A program made the position numbers and the translations under genes. The notes beneath the pieces were generated by a model that was given only the letters and a program-made list of their open reading frames with translations, made no database searches and was not told the DNA's origin. A stretch of 64,000 bases of DNA from Octopus vulgaris (Eukaryota). Of the stretch, positions 1-11,189 are shown one piece after another. The stretch's first letter is position 1. Each line of letters opens with the position of its first letter. The stretch spans positions 2,728,001 to 2,792,000 of the forward strand of contig OX597827.1 in NCBI GenBank assembly GCA_951406725.2, in the 5' to 3' direction.

Positions 1-94
1 GGGTCGATCTGATCGACTAGCTCCTCCCCCAATATTGCGGGCTTTGTGCCTAGAGTAGAAAAAATATTTGTTTGTTTCAAGGTTTCATGTTTGG

Positions 95-335
95 AGAAAT
101 TTCCGGTGCTTTACGTTCCGAGTTCAAATCGCACCGAGGATTTGAGCCCAGAACTTTGCCTTTCATTCCGTCGTGCTTCATAAAAATAAAATACTTTGAT
201 AAAATAAATACTGAGGTCAATGTAATCGATTTGTCTCGCTCCCTTCAAAATTGCTGGCCTTTAACACTGCAACGTTAGTCTGTCCTTGGTTGTCCCCTCT
301 GTGTATAGCCCCTTGTGGGCGGTAAAGAAATAGGA
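95..335 (+). mobile_element. tRNA-derived SINE family B (5'-eroded copy)
   Basis: B-box-like gagttcaaatc, central gcctttcat...ataaa module and tail gtccttg..tgtcccctctgtgt.tagccccttgtggg..gtaaagaaatagg, shared with copies at 18284, 30622, 37302 and 42114. Confidence 0.75.
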
Positions 336-872
336 AACTAGGTAACCAGCCTCATGAGTCAGAGGAGTCGAGAAAAAATAGCTAGAATCACGTTATTCAG
401 TGTCCGTCCCCCAATTTTTAAAACAATGAGTTGTGATTCGAGGAACCTTTGATTACTATTTCTAGCAGTCGACCGTGTCTAAATTCCTTCGTTAGTTCCA
501 CTCTTTAATGTACTGAAGTAGATTCAATCAATTCTATCCCCTACCACTCCTGCATATATCTGGTCAGTGTTAATGTGTGATAGCAATATATTCCTATTAT
601 CTCCAACCTAATCGTTACCTCCGCCGCTTACCAACCCCTCCACCCACACGTTCCCAGTGCTAGATTGTGATTATTCACTCAATCTATGCATAAACCATTC
701 AATTCACTCACTCATTCTTTCATTCATACAGTTAACATTTAAGTGCTGCTGATATAATTGAAACTAGTTGTGACAGCCTGCAGTGTGAGATTTTCTGTCT
801 CTCTACGAGAGCAGGCTTTCTTAACCGGGGATATTGAGTCAGAAGTTGGGGTTATAAAACGCTAAGGTTGAT

Positions 873-992
873 GAATTTGGACATCAAACCTTGGTTGGGG
901 TACGGCGTCAAAACGTCGGTGGGGTACAGTGGCCAAACGTCACTGGTGTACGGGGAACAAACATTGATAATCTACAGGAGCTGAATGTCGGC
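873..992. repeat. Degenerate 24-bp minisatellite (about 5 units)
   Basis: ggggtacggcgtcaaaacgtcggt / ggggtacagtggccaaacgtcact / ggtgtacggggaacaaacattgat in 24-nt register. Confidence 0.5.
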
Positions 993-1515
993 AGGTATGG
1001 GATTTTTTTTTTTTTTACCATTGAATAAATTGAACGAAATGCTTAAGATTTCAAATTCCCGCTCTGTTTCTGGTTACAACATGTAAAGTAAAGCCAGTCT
1101 TTTGGCGCCTTTTCAAGTTCTACTAACGCTTAATAGGGTTACTGAGATGGCTTTGATAGTAGTGGTGACGATGAGGATCTCGACACTCTGACGAAGCAAT
1201 AGATATTGGGTATTGTTCACTATGCTGGGTGGGCGTCTTTAACCGTAGAAATATTCAGAACTTCTGTACAAAAGAAATACTTAAATTCAGTATTGAAATT
1301 TAATGAAGATATCGATACATAAATACACGTTCAACTAGAAATAGCAACCCAGTCTCCCCTAAACCACTGTCTTAAGGAACAAAAGGAAAGGACACATGGA
1401 ATTCTGTAGTCTTATGTATATTCATTAGTTAAACTTAAAAAATGCTGGATTGCTTTAGATTAAAAACAAAAGGGAAAATAAGAAAGCTTCTGGCAATGCA
1501 CAAAGCTTTACAGAA

Positions 1516-1552
1516 CCCTTCGTTTCGGGCGTAAAGGCCCGTCCTCAGAAGG
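1516..1552 (-). ncRNA. Minimal hammerhead ribozyme motif (degenerate cleavage triplet)
   Basis: Minus strand CCTT-CTGAGGA-C-GGGC-ctttac-GCCC-GAAACG-AAGGG. Both core boxes and a 4-bp stem II are intact; the NUH triplet is missing or mutated. Confidence 0.6.
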
Positions 1553-1802
1553 AAATGTTCTGGGAAATGTTTAGGACCTTAGAAAGTTTTTTTTTGTTAA
1601 TTCACGATGGCATTGGGAGTCAACGACACCAATAATGATTTCTGATAGCGACGCAACGCAAGCAAATTCGAAAGGAGCAATCGATAGCAATGACCTTATA
1701 TAAGCTCGAAATGTTAGACGATTCTATTTTTCCTGAGCGTCAAACTTATACACTTTGTGGTTCCTTCTCTTCTCTCTGTTTTTTTTTAATTTTTGCACTA
1801 CA

Positions 1803-1870
1803 TATGGCGTAGTGGTTAAGAGCGCAGGCTACTAACCCCAAGATTCCAAGTTCGATTCCAGACAGTGACT

Positions 1871-1912
<42 letters not shown>

Positions 1913-2085
1913 TCGAAAAATACCTTAGGAATGAGAACTCAGGTTCGAAATTTTCCTAATACACCTGATGAAGGCTGGAAGGTATATCAGCCGAAACGCT
2001 GCGTTAACAACAAACAAGATGAGGAGAAATATCCGTCAATTGTAAATAATGTACAAAATTCCTCATCTCTTAAATAGAGAACTGT
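1803..2085 (+). mobile_element. tRNA-headed SINE-like element with internal (AAT)n and a 3' hammerhead motif
   Basis: A box TGGCGTAGTGG 1805-1815, B box GTTCGATTC 1850-1858, (AAT)n about 1872-1910, hammerhead motif 1961-2004. Confidence 0.65.
1961..2004 (+). ncRNA. Minimal (Penelope-type) hammerhead ribozyme motif
   Basis: ACAC-CTGATGA-A-GGCTG-gaaggtatat-CAGCC-GAAACG-CT-GCGT. Cores intact, 5-bp stem II; U16.1 appears mutated to C and stem I has one mismatch. Confidence 0.7.
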
Positions 2086-2090
2086 AATAT

Positions 2091-2436
2091 CTTTTATTTG
2101 TTAATTGTTTCAGTCATAAGACTGCGGCCATACTGGGGTACCGCCTTGAAGAAATTTTAATCGAATCAATCAACCACATTACATTTTTTTCCTTTTAAAC
2201 CTGGCACTTATTCTATCGGTCTCTTTCACCAAAACGTTAAATTATAGGGCGTAAACACGCTAACAGCGATTGTTAAGCTGTCGTGGGACACACCAGTTTC
2301 TGTCTACCAAATCCTCTCACAAGGCTTTAGTCAGCCCGAGGCTTAAGTAGAAGACACTCGCCCAAGGTGCCACGCAGAAGGACTGAACCGGGAACCATAT
2401 GGCTAAGAATCACGCTTCTTAACACACAGTCACGCA
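2091..2436 (-). mobile_element. SINE family A (diverged copy)
   Basis: Reverse complement of the element at 7091-7496 (gtttcagtcat..actgcggccat; ctaccaaatcc.ctcacaaggc; gggactgaacc). Confidence 0.8.
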
Positions 2437-2438
2437 TA

Positions 2439-2470
<32 letters not shown>

Positions 2471-2564
2471 AACACACACAGTTATAGCGTGACGCTATTA
2501 GTAAGCACGTAAAAACATGTATTTATTAAATAAAATTTATCTCTCACCAGATGGAATATATATA

Positions 2565-2680
2565 TAGTACTCGAATACCAAAGGTAGAGTAATATTCTCT
2601 TTATCAAAGCTGCAAAATTATAACACAACTGTTACTCAGTTTCACGCACCCGTCTGTGATAATTTTGCAGCTCTAATAAA
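2565..2680. mobile_element. Inverted-repeat (pseudo-LTR-like) Penelope-type remnant
   Basis: Arms 2600-2625 and 2655-2680 are inverted; the spacer reads acgggtgcgt-GAAAC-tga-GTA-acag on the minus strand (half hammerhead). A related copy lies at about 63885-63975. Confidence 0.5.
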
Positions 2681-2728
2681 ATGTGAGTGTGTATATATGT
2701 ATGTGTGTTTGTGTGTGTGTGTATATAA

Positions 2729-3145
2729 TGTAATGTGTCAGGTCGTTCTGGGACGCTACTGGGTAACATGTAACTCAATACAACTTACTGTATGGTGGGG
2801 TCGTCGGCGACTAAACTGGCAACCCCATCAAGCTTGCTTGGCGAGGTGGGTGATTATTGGACACCTTGCAGGACGAAAAATAAGACCTGTGAAAGGGCTT
2901 AAGAGCTCATAAGCAGTCAACGGCCATCCAACAATCTGTACATGTGGATGTATGCGTGGGGACTTGGAAATACCTGGGTCGGTGTCCAGGCGCGCGGTTG
3001 GCCCACTGGGGGTGAGAGGCGACTCTTTTATTGTCACATCTCTCTAGGAGAGAGAAACTTTGAGCGAAAAACCTGCGACACAGACAATATTCGATGATGT
3101 AGACCAGTTCTTCTTTTCGAGTTTGTTGTTCTTGTTAAGAGTGCA
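2729..3145 (+). mobile_element. Probable 5' UTR fragment of an RTE-clade LINE
   Basis: GC-rich, hairpin-rich island containing tctaggagagagaaactttgagcgaaaaacc, resembling RTE 5' leaders (recognition from memory; no ORF present). Confidence 0.4.
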
Positions 3146-3317
3146 GGATTAGATTTATGCAAATCGTTTTCCCACCATAAAAAAAATCATCATGCACTGG
3201 CATCGCTTGAAAAAAAAATGTAAAACTATCAACAAAAATGGCTGGTCCTTCGCATATGTGGGACCTTCGATCAGGTGATGGCAACCCTCGAACACGAGTT
3301 TGCCGCCATCATATATA

Positions 3318-3355
<38 letters not shown>

Positions 3356-3357
<2 letters not shown>

Positions 3358-3680
3358 AGCACTCCGTCGGTTGCGACGACGAGGGTCCCATCTGATACGA
3401 TCAACGGAACAGATTGCTCGTGAAATTGACGTGTAAGTGGCTGAGCACTCCACAAACACGTGTACCCTTAACGTAGTTCTCGGAGAGATTCAGTGTGACA
3501 CCGTGTGTGACAAGGCTGGCCCTTTGAATTACTGGTACGACTCATTTTTGCCAACTGAGTGGACTGGAGCAATGTGAAATAAAGTGTCTTGCTTAAGGAC
3601 ACAACGCGTCGCCGGGAATTGAACTCTCGACCTTACGATCGCGAGCCGAATGCCCCTAACCACTAAGCCACGCGCCTTCA
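3356..3680 (-). mobile_element. tRNA-derived SINE family E
   Basis: Minus strand tgaaggcgcgtggcttagtggttagg (A box)...gagttcaattccc (B box)...gttgtgtccttaagcaagacac (CORE-like). Homologous to 15865-16163 and 45662-46010. Confidence 0.85.
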
Positions 3681-3786
3681 CGTGTGTGTATGTGTACGTA
3701 CCTTTGAAAGCAGTGTATGTCAGAAGGTTTGCAAATCTAACGGGGGCCTCAAAGCACACTTTAAGATTTTTTGTAGAATATCCAGT

Positions 3787-4210
3787 GGATCTTTTCGGTT
3801 TGAACGGCAGTTTTTTCTAGCGGTGTCATATGAAATTGTCACCCATAATTATGACCCTAGTATCGATCTATTGCATTTCAATCTGTTTTAGGGTTAGGGT
3901 CAATTAGGGTTAGAGGTGGGGGGAAGGGTATCTCTTTTTTTCTTCACAAATGCAAATAAACCCAATCTGTTTCTTAAACCAGGGACATATTCATACGGCA
4001 CAGAATGTTTTTTACCTCAATAGACGTCATTGATTGGTTGAAATTGCAGAAATTGAAACATAAAATATATCTTACAAACTATAGAATTTTCTCAATAAAG
4101 CCAAGAGAGAAAGATGTTTTATAAACACATTCTACCAGTATACGAGGTTTAAAAGTGTTTAGTTACGTGGAAATTATTTTTAAAAACTGCCGTTCAAACC
4201 GAAAAGATCC
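3787..4210. mobile_element. MITE with 29-bp TIRs and 8-bp TSD (Merlin-like)
   Basis: TIR ggatcttttcggtttgaacggcagttttt / aaaaactgccgttcaaaccgaaaagatcc; TSD tatccagt at 3779-3786 and 4211-4218; GG...CC termini. Confidence 0.9.
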
Positions 4211-4760
4211 TATCCAGTATTGTAAACATTCCATGATCTCCTTGGGATAACAGTCGATAATATGCAGAAGCGTAGGGATCGGTATAGGTCTCAAATGCTG
4301 ACCATGTGGTGGTCTTTGTAAGACACTCTGTGTGTGGGTCGCGGATTGATTGTCAATAAAACATACATACACACTTAACAAATATTTCCAACCTTTTACA
4401 TTTCTTAATGATACACTGCCTCAAATTTATAGAGAATATGAAGTTGTGGTGTTTATGCCATGCTTAATGGTTGCTTGGCAGCAAGTAACGAATCGAAGGT
4501 AATATATATCGATAAAGCACCTCAGACGATTTTGGCGGCTGAACAGCGTGCAAGGGACGCAACTCATGCATTTCTATTTGCCTTACACGAACAGTTTGCA
4601 GACTTGTTTTAATAATTCCAATCTATGTTTGTCTATATTCAACTTCAAAATTATGAACTGTGTGTATGTGTTTGCGTGTGTGTACGAGCGTAACTTAGTG
4701 TGACAATAAATGTGTTTATGTATAAGTGTGATTTCAAATTAATGTCAAAACACACGCATT

Positions 4761-4949
4761 ATATATACATCTATATATATATATGTATATATATATTTAT
4801 TTATATGTTTATATATATTTTTATATATATTTATTTATATATTTATTTATATATTTATTTATATATATATTTATATATATTTATTTATATATATATATTT
4901 ATTTATATATATATATTTATTTATATATATATATTTATTTATATATATA

Positions 4950-4988
<39 letters not shown>

Positions 4989-5470
4989 TTATATATATTT
5001 ATTTATTTATATATATTTATTTATATATATTTATTTATTTATATATATTTATTTATTTATATATATATATATTATATATATATATATATTTATTATATAT
5101 ATATATATTTATTTATATATATATATATTTATTTATATATATATATATTTATTATATATATATATATTTATTATATATATATATTTATTTATATATATAT
5201 ATATTTATTTATATATATATATATTTATTTATATAAATATATATATATTTATTTATATATATATATATTTATTTATATATATATATATTTATTTATATAT
5301 ATATATATATTTATTTTATATATATATATATTTATTTATATATATATATATATTTATTTATATATATATATATATTTATTTATATATATATATATATATT
5401 TATTTATATATATATATATATATTTATTTATATATTTATTTATATATATATATGTGTGTGTGTGTGTGTA
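4761..5470. repeat. Compound (TA)n/(TATT)n microsatellite ending in (TG)n
   Basis: About 700 bp almost exclusively A/T with recurring tatttattta units. Confidence 0.95.
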
Positions 5471-6505
5471 TCATTGTGAATATGTACTATCGTACGTATG
5501 TTTTTCATCACATATTCTCATATCATTATAAACATGTATATTATACATATACACATGAAAATTATCGATTTGCTTTTGTTGCGTTTGTTTTTTTTATTTT
5601 TCTTCTTTCGTTCGTTCTTCCCTTCATCAATTTTAATTATACGCGAGTCTGTAAACAGGACGTTGATGTATGTCACTGGAGCTGGAAGATTTGTTGGGTC
5701 TTTCTTTCGTTTTTCTCTTTTTCTGTCTCTTAGTATTTATAGTAGTCACGTTTAAAAAAAAAGAAACGTCAGCCCTTATACAAGAGTAGGGAAAGAGAAT
5801 GATAGAAAGACGGATGGTGATATATAAAGTTTTCTTGTCGACCTGGTAACATCGTTAAATCATTTAAATCGTGGAGTCCATTAAACGAACTATTTGTGGT
5901 TCAATTCCAATTGCCGTCATTGCGTGGCTTTTCGCTAAAATCTTATTTATTTATTTCTCAATAGAAATGGCATATTGAACCATATTTCGAAACGTAAACA
6001 ATCTTGCTTTTTTTATAGCGGGGCTGGGGTCAAAGTCTGGCACTTGTCATTTATTCTACTGACCTTTTTTGCCGAACCATTGTTATAAGGAGGTAAACAA
6101 ACCAACACCCGTTGTCAAGCGGTAGCAAGACACACACACACATGCATATTCTACGCGGCCTTCGTCTTCCAAATACATTCCCTAAGGCACTGGCCGGCCC
6201 AGGGCTAGAGTAGAAAACATTTGCCCAAAGTGCCGCACTGATCCAAAAACTTCGAGGTTGCAAAGCGAAGTTCTGAATCACAGAACTATGACTGCTCCTA
6301 TAGTTTGTAGCAATACATAAACCCGGAGGAGAAGCACACTCTAGGGCGTACAGTAGTTAATATTATAGTGGAGCAGGCCGGTTGATGGGGTTACACTGGG
6401 TTCCTCGCTCATAAAGGGTTTAACCTTACGGCATATCTTCAGACCCCAAATCACTGCTGGCCTGAAACTAGTTTAAAATAAACCGGCCTATCCCACTATG
6501 ATACA

Positions 6506-6691
6506 TGCAGGCGTGGCTTTGAGGTAAGCAGCTTGCTTCCCAACCACATGGTTCCGCGTTCAGTCCCATTTCGTGACACCTTGGACAAGTGTCTTTTAGT
6601 ATAGCCTCGGCCCGACCAAAGCCTTATGAGTGGATTTGGTAGACGGAATCAGAAAGAAGCCCTTCGTGTGTGTGTGTGTGTGTGTATTTCT

Positions 6692-6738
<47 letters not shown>

Positions 6739-6935
6739 TGTTTGTCCCCCTGCCATCGCTTGAAACCTATGCTGGTGTGTTCGCGTCACGTTACTTAGCG
6801 GCTCGGCAAAAAAGACCGATAGAATAAGTACTAGGCTTACAGAGAATGTCCTGGGGTCGATTTCCTTTACTAAAATCGCCCGAGGGCGTTGCTCCAGCAT
6901 GGCTGCAGTCACATGACTGAAGCAAAAGAATAAAA
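6506..6935 (+). mobile_element. SINE family A
   Basis: Same head, internal (TG)n(TA)n and tail as 7091-7496. Confidence 0.85.
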
Positions 6936-7090
6936 ATATGAATATATATATGAAGTGTCTTGCTCAAGGAAACAACTCACGGCTCAGTGTGGAAATCGAA
7001 CCTACGATTCTAACTTACAATCGTGAGCACCAAATTCCAATCACTAAGCACTGCGACTTCACACAATCACACACATATATGGATAAATAT

Positions 7091-7247
7091 AGGAGTGGCT
7101 GTGTGGTAAGTAGCTTGCTTACCAACCACATGGTTCCGGGTTCAGTCCCACTGCGTGGCATCTTGGGCAAGTGACTTCTGCTATAGCCCCGGGCCGACCA
7201 ATGCCTTGTGAGTGGATTTGGTAGACGGAAACTGAAAGAAGCCTGTC

Positions 7248-7299
<52 letters not shown>

Positions 7300-7496
7300 G
7301 TGTCTGTGTTTGTCCCCTAGTATTGCTTGACAACCGATGCTGGTGTGGTTACGTCCCCGTAACTTAGCGGTTCGGCAAAAGAGACAAATAGAATAAGTAC
7401 TGGGCTTACAAAGAATAAGTCCCGGGGTCGATTTGCTCGACTAAAGGCGGTGCTCCAGCATGGCCGCAGTCAAATGACTGAAACAAGTAAAAGAAT
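7091..7496 (+). mobile_element. SINE family A, near full-length (more than 20 copies or fragments in the window)
   Basis: tRNA-like head aggagtggctgtgtggtaag...ggttcagtccc, CORE-like gcatcttgggcaagtg, internal (TA)n, tail ggcggtgctccagcatggccgcagtcaaatgactgaaacaagtaaaaga. Confidence 0.92.
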
Positions 7497-7980
7497 ATAT
7501 ACACACACACACACACCGTGAGAAATCGATTAAGAAGTGAATAAGTGAATTTGAAGTAGCACAGTCTAAATTAGATCTTTTTTTTTTCAATATTGGAAGA
7601 ATTTGAATTATGCCTCGAATGCTTTTTATTCTTTAATGGATTGTGACCGTGCCTAGGCACTGACTTCAAAACTTTCGTCATTCGACTTTAAAGGGAAGTA
7701 ATCGATACAAAACCGATTGACAAGATAATCAGGAAAAACGCGACCGGTTATGATTTTTTCGTGACAATCAGGAGAACGTCGGACAAAATACTCAACGGTA
7801 TTTCTTCCTACTCCTTCCGTCCTGAGTTCAAATGCCACACAGGTTGACCATACATTTTCTGAGGTCGATGGTATCGACTAACCCACTTTCCCCCAAAATT
7901 GCTGGCCTTGTACCAAACTTCGAAACTATCATTATTATTATTATTGTAATCTTATTTTTGTTGGCCCATGTGGCTAATAA

Positions 7981-8010
<30 letters not shown>

Positions 8011-8011
<1 letters not shown>

Positions 8012-8563
8012 GAGTGAGAGAGAAGTGCGTGCCATCAAAGTGACACGGGTAAAATATATGAAGCCCTGTATACTCATCATGACTACTCGTCTGATAAGGG
8101 TACACTAGGCACATGCATCACAACCATATGTGCGCGACATGGTGATCTCATATCAAGATTAATAGCGCATAACCTTCCAGGTGGGGTCCAGTTAGAATTT
8201 TCTGCTGGTCGCGTAGCCCATCCCGCTCAAAAGGTCCCTGAATAAGGGTTGTTTAAGGATGCTGAACGAAACACCCATGTTTCCAGAGGTGAATTATTCA
8301 AACCCCACAGAATTCCTCTCAACACATGGCTATGATGCTCTTCCACTACTTCTGCTCGTGATCAGAAATGCACATATCGTCAGCCACTAAGGGACATGCT
8401 CAACTGGTTAAGGTCAAACAACTGACAGGCAAATCTGTGGTATTAAGCAGAATATTTGCTGTAGCCCATCTTTTATACCAAGACAAAACAATGTACATGA
8501 TAACACTTCCAATCAGTTAAGATCAGAAGCCACGAGAGCCATAGCCTGGTACTGCATCAGGGC

Positions 8564-8567
<4 letters not shown>
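8011..8567. mobile_element. Non-coding interspersed element inserted in (ATT)n (possible Dong/R4-type non-autonomous element)
   Basis: About 557 bp of complex sequence bounded precisely by (ATT)n tracts on both sides (7984-8011 and 8567-8611); no ORF and no TIR. Confidence 0.5.
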
Positions 8568-8612
<45 letters not shown>

Positions 8613-9741
8613 CCCTTGCACAATTTTCGTCTACCAGATGCAGTTCACCAAATAGTCGTTAAACACGAATTCATGATAAAACGAACTTGCTCAAGTTACA
8701 GAACAGAAGGATCGAACCGAGAAACACGTGTTCGAGAAGTGAACTTCAACCATACAGCCATTACTACACGCGTGTTACATTACCATAGCAACAACCACAA
8801 AACTATAGATTCTAAATGAGATACGTTTTATTCGTGAGAAAGAGTAGAAACGGTATTGCATCTAAGGGAGGATACTCTGGTTGCCTTAACACAAATTAGC
8901 GCAGCTTTGTGATTTATCGCCTGAATTTGTATTTTTATTTGGCAAGGATTAAAAAGAAATTAATTATCAATCAGTTTACATTAATAATATAAACTTAGTT
9001 TTGGATAAGTTTGCCTGGTATGGGGAGAAAGTGGTGCTGGAGCCTATGTTCCGATGGCTCTTCGTCTGAGAAAGTGAGAGAAAGAGTGTGTGTGTGTGTG
9101 TGTTCACTCTTCGTCCTATGAATTTAGTGAAATTCCTTTCTCTATTTCTTGGCGTTAAAAAAACGCAAGGGTATATTACAATAGATGAGCCCAAAATTTA
9201 CGGAGCTCATATTCAAGAAAAACCAGTTTCAATGCATTAAAGCATGTAATCTATACAGGACCAACTTCGCATAAAGCAGTAGGGATTTATATTTTCAAGA
9301 CATTCTTTGGAGGAAAACAAATTGTGCATTTTCTATACCATTAAATATAGTAACTTCGCACTACTTTTTTTTTTTTTGGTAGGTGCTGGGTAACATGCTC
9401 CAACTAGGGCCTCTGAGAAAACTTATACAAAGAAGTATGATGCTTTCCGACCCTATGTAGAATGTGTGGGTATGGTTGGCTTTTTGCACAGATTCGCAGT
9501 TTGTAGGAACTCTTTTGGGGTCTCAGGGTGCCTCTTCGGATCTCTTCTCCCACCCCTACCGCCCACCTCCCAATCACCACCTTCATTACATGAGCTAAAA
9601 ATAAAAATGTGCTGCTGACCATATCTCAGTGGTCCTCAATGTACAAGGCATTGGGGATTGGTTAAAAATTTAAGTAATTTGTACAGAATTACTTTCTCTT
9701 TTTGAATATTATTTTGAAGTCTAAAATTTGATTTCAAAAAA

Positions 9742-10138
9742 TGCAAAGACCTGTTGAGGCAAGTGAAATCGAAATCGATCAAAAAATCAATGGAAGTTGT
9801 AGTTGTGATACCAATGCCGGTGGCACGTAAAAAGCACCATCTGAACATGGCCGTTTCTAGCACCGCCTTGATTGGCTTCCATGCTGGTGGCACATAAAAA
9901 GCACCAACTGATCGTGGTCGTTGCCAGCCTCCTCTGGCCCCTGTGTTGGTGGCACGTAAAAAGCACCCACTACACTCACAGAGTGGTTGGCGTTAGGAAG
10001 GGCATCTGGCTGTAGAAACACTGCCAGATCAGACTGGAGCCTGGTGCAGCCACCTGGCTTCCCAGACCCCGGTCGAACCGTCCAACCCATGCTAGCATGG
10101 AAAACAGATCTTAAACGATGATGATGATGATGATGATG
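9742..10138 (+). mobile_element. RTE-clade LINE 3' end (family C) with (GAT)n tail
   Basis: Repeated tggcacgtaaaaagcacc units, ggttggcgttaggaagggcatc, cccatgctagcatggaaaac...(gat)n. The same tail follows RTE-like ORF ends at 38060 and 41715. Confidence 0.8.
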
Positions 10139-10494
10139 TATAAATTATTGCTTGTTTTGTTAATCCTAATTTTCTTGCCATCAGTTAAGATTAACTTTCC
10201 CATACTCGTATGGGACAGATGAAATTCATTGAGGTAGATGTTCCAAGGCCAGATGCTCTTCCAGTTGCCAATCCTCACTTGTTAACAAGCGAGATAATGT
10301 TTGCCACTAGTTGTCCAAACATCACAATAACCAGACACACTTTCAAAGGAGATGGGCAAGCATCAAGCTTGTGTGATTGTGACATTTGTCCACGACTAGC
10401 ATGAGATGTGCAGATTACACGTGTGCACACACATGGGTTTCTTTCAATTTCCATGCACCAAATCTGCTCACAAAGCATTGGTTAGCCAAGGGAT

Positions 10495-10701
10495 AAGGGG
10501 CTGAAAAGTTCCTGGTTTTGTGTAAAAGAAAATGCAGGAGGATCAGTTATGCTTTTATACAACACACTCTCCTCTCAGGTTCACACACTTATGGCAGCAG
10601 TCCTTCAGTTTTTCTAAGTCATATAAAAGGTCTCAGAAGGTTTGGCCTCCACCCAGGCCTTTTGCGATACCCTTAAAACCAGGAACTTTCAGCAGCCCTC
10701 G
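10495..10701. mobile_element. Mariner-derived MITE (family F); a second tandem copy at about 10733-10925
   Basis: TIR ggggctgaaaagttcctgg / ccaggaactttcagcagccctcg; minus strand encodes a decayed mariner transposase C-terminus (LEKLKDCCHKCVNLRGE). Confidence 0.8.
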
Positions 10702-11189
10702 TGTAAAAACACACACACACTCACTCACACAAGAGGGTGCTGAAATGTTCCAGGCTTTGGGGCAAAGAAAATACCGAAGGATCAGTTAAGATTTAATTGA
10801 ACTTACTCCTCTCTCCGATTCACACACCTATTGCAGTGGTCCTTCAGTTTTCCTAAGCCCTATAAAAGAACTTGGAAGGCTGGGCCTCCAACCAGGCCTT
10901 TTGCGATACCCTTAAAGCCAGGAACCTCCTCAAAGTAGAAGGAATCTTTAGCAGAGATCCAAATTAAGTCAACTGAAATTAACCCTAGTTATAGACTGTT
11001 ATTTCATTAACCCACGAAAGCTGAAATGCAATATTGATGTCAGTGGAATTTGAACTCAGAATGTACAGAATGTCATAACTAAACTTTACAAAGTAATTTG
11101 ATTGATACACAAGACCTTCTCAACTTATTGATTATCAGAATTTCCACCTGAGTGTTTGTATCAATCACACATTTATAGATTTTGTTCAT

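Noticed and set aside
1803-1870. Possible tRNA gene (also the SINE heads at 3680, 35718, 39814 and 45662)
   Set aside because: A and B boxes are present but there is no complete acceptor or anticodon stem; these are SINE heads.
2729-2826. Possible HDV-like ribozyme in the RTE-like leader (P2 TGTCAG/CTGGCA, P3 GTC/GAC, CUAA)
   Set aside because: L3 is non-canonical, P1 is weak, and the same bases are better explained by simple hairpins (e.g. GGGGTCGTCGG/CTGGCAACCCC); a consensus-level test would be needed.
3888-3916. Telomere or chromosome end
   Set aside because: Only a few TTAGGG units, internal to a MITE.
4460-4612. 50-aa protein-like ORF MLNGCLAASNESKVIYIDKAPQTILAAEQRARDATHAFLFALHEQFADLF
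   Set aside because: Short, no recognisable homology or splice support; expected by chance.
4700-5733. Long ORFs (178 aa and 316 aa) and similar YI/CV/ER/H-rich ORFs at about 20.4-21.4, 28.4-28.9, 52-55 and 60.5-61 kb
   Set aside because: Translations of microsatellites and low-complexity tracts; no coding signal.
6938-7174. Recurring peptide NHMVPGSVPLRG / PRCHAVGLNPEPCG in many ORFs, suggesting a gene family
   Set aside because: It is the translated tRNA-like head of SINE family A.
7462-7490. SINE A tail cagtc-aaat-gactg-aaac resembling hammerhead stem II plus GAAAC
   Set aside because: No CUGANGA box or stem I; more likely a LINE-recognition stem-loop.
9024-9075. GESGAG peptide resembling a myosin P-loop
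   Set aside because: Not followed by KT and the frame closes shortly after; coincidence.
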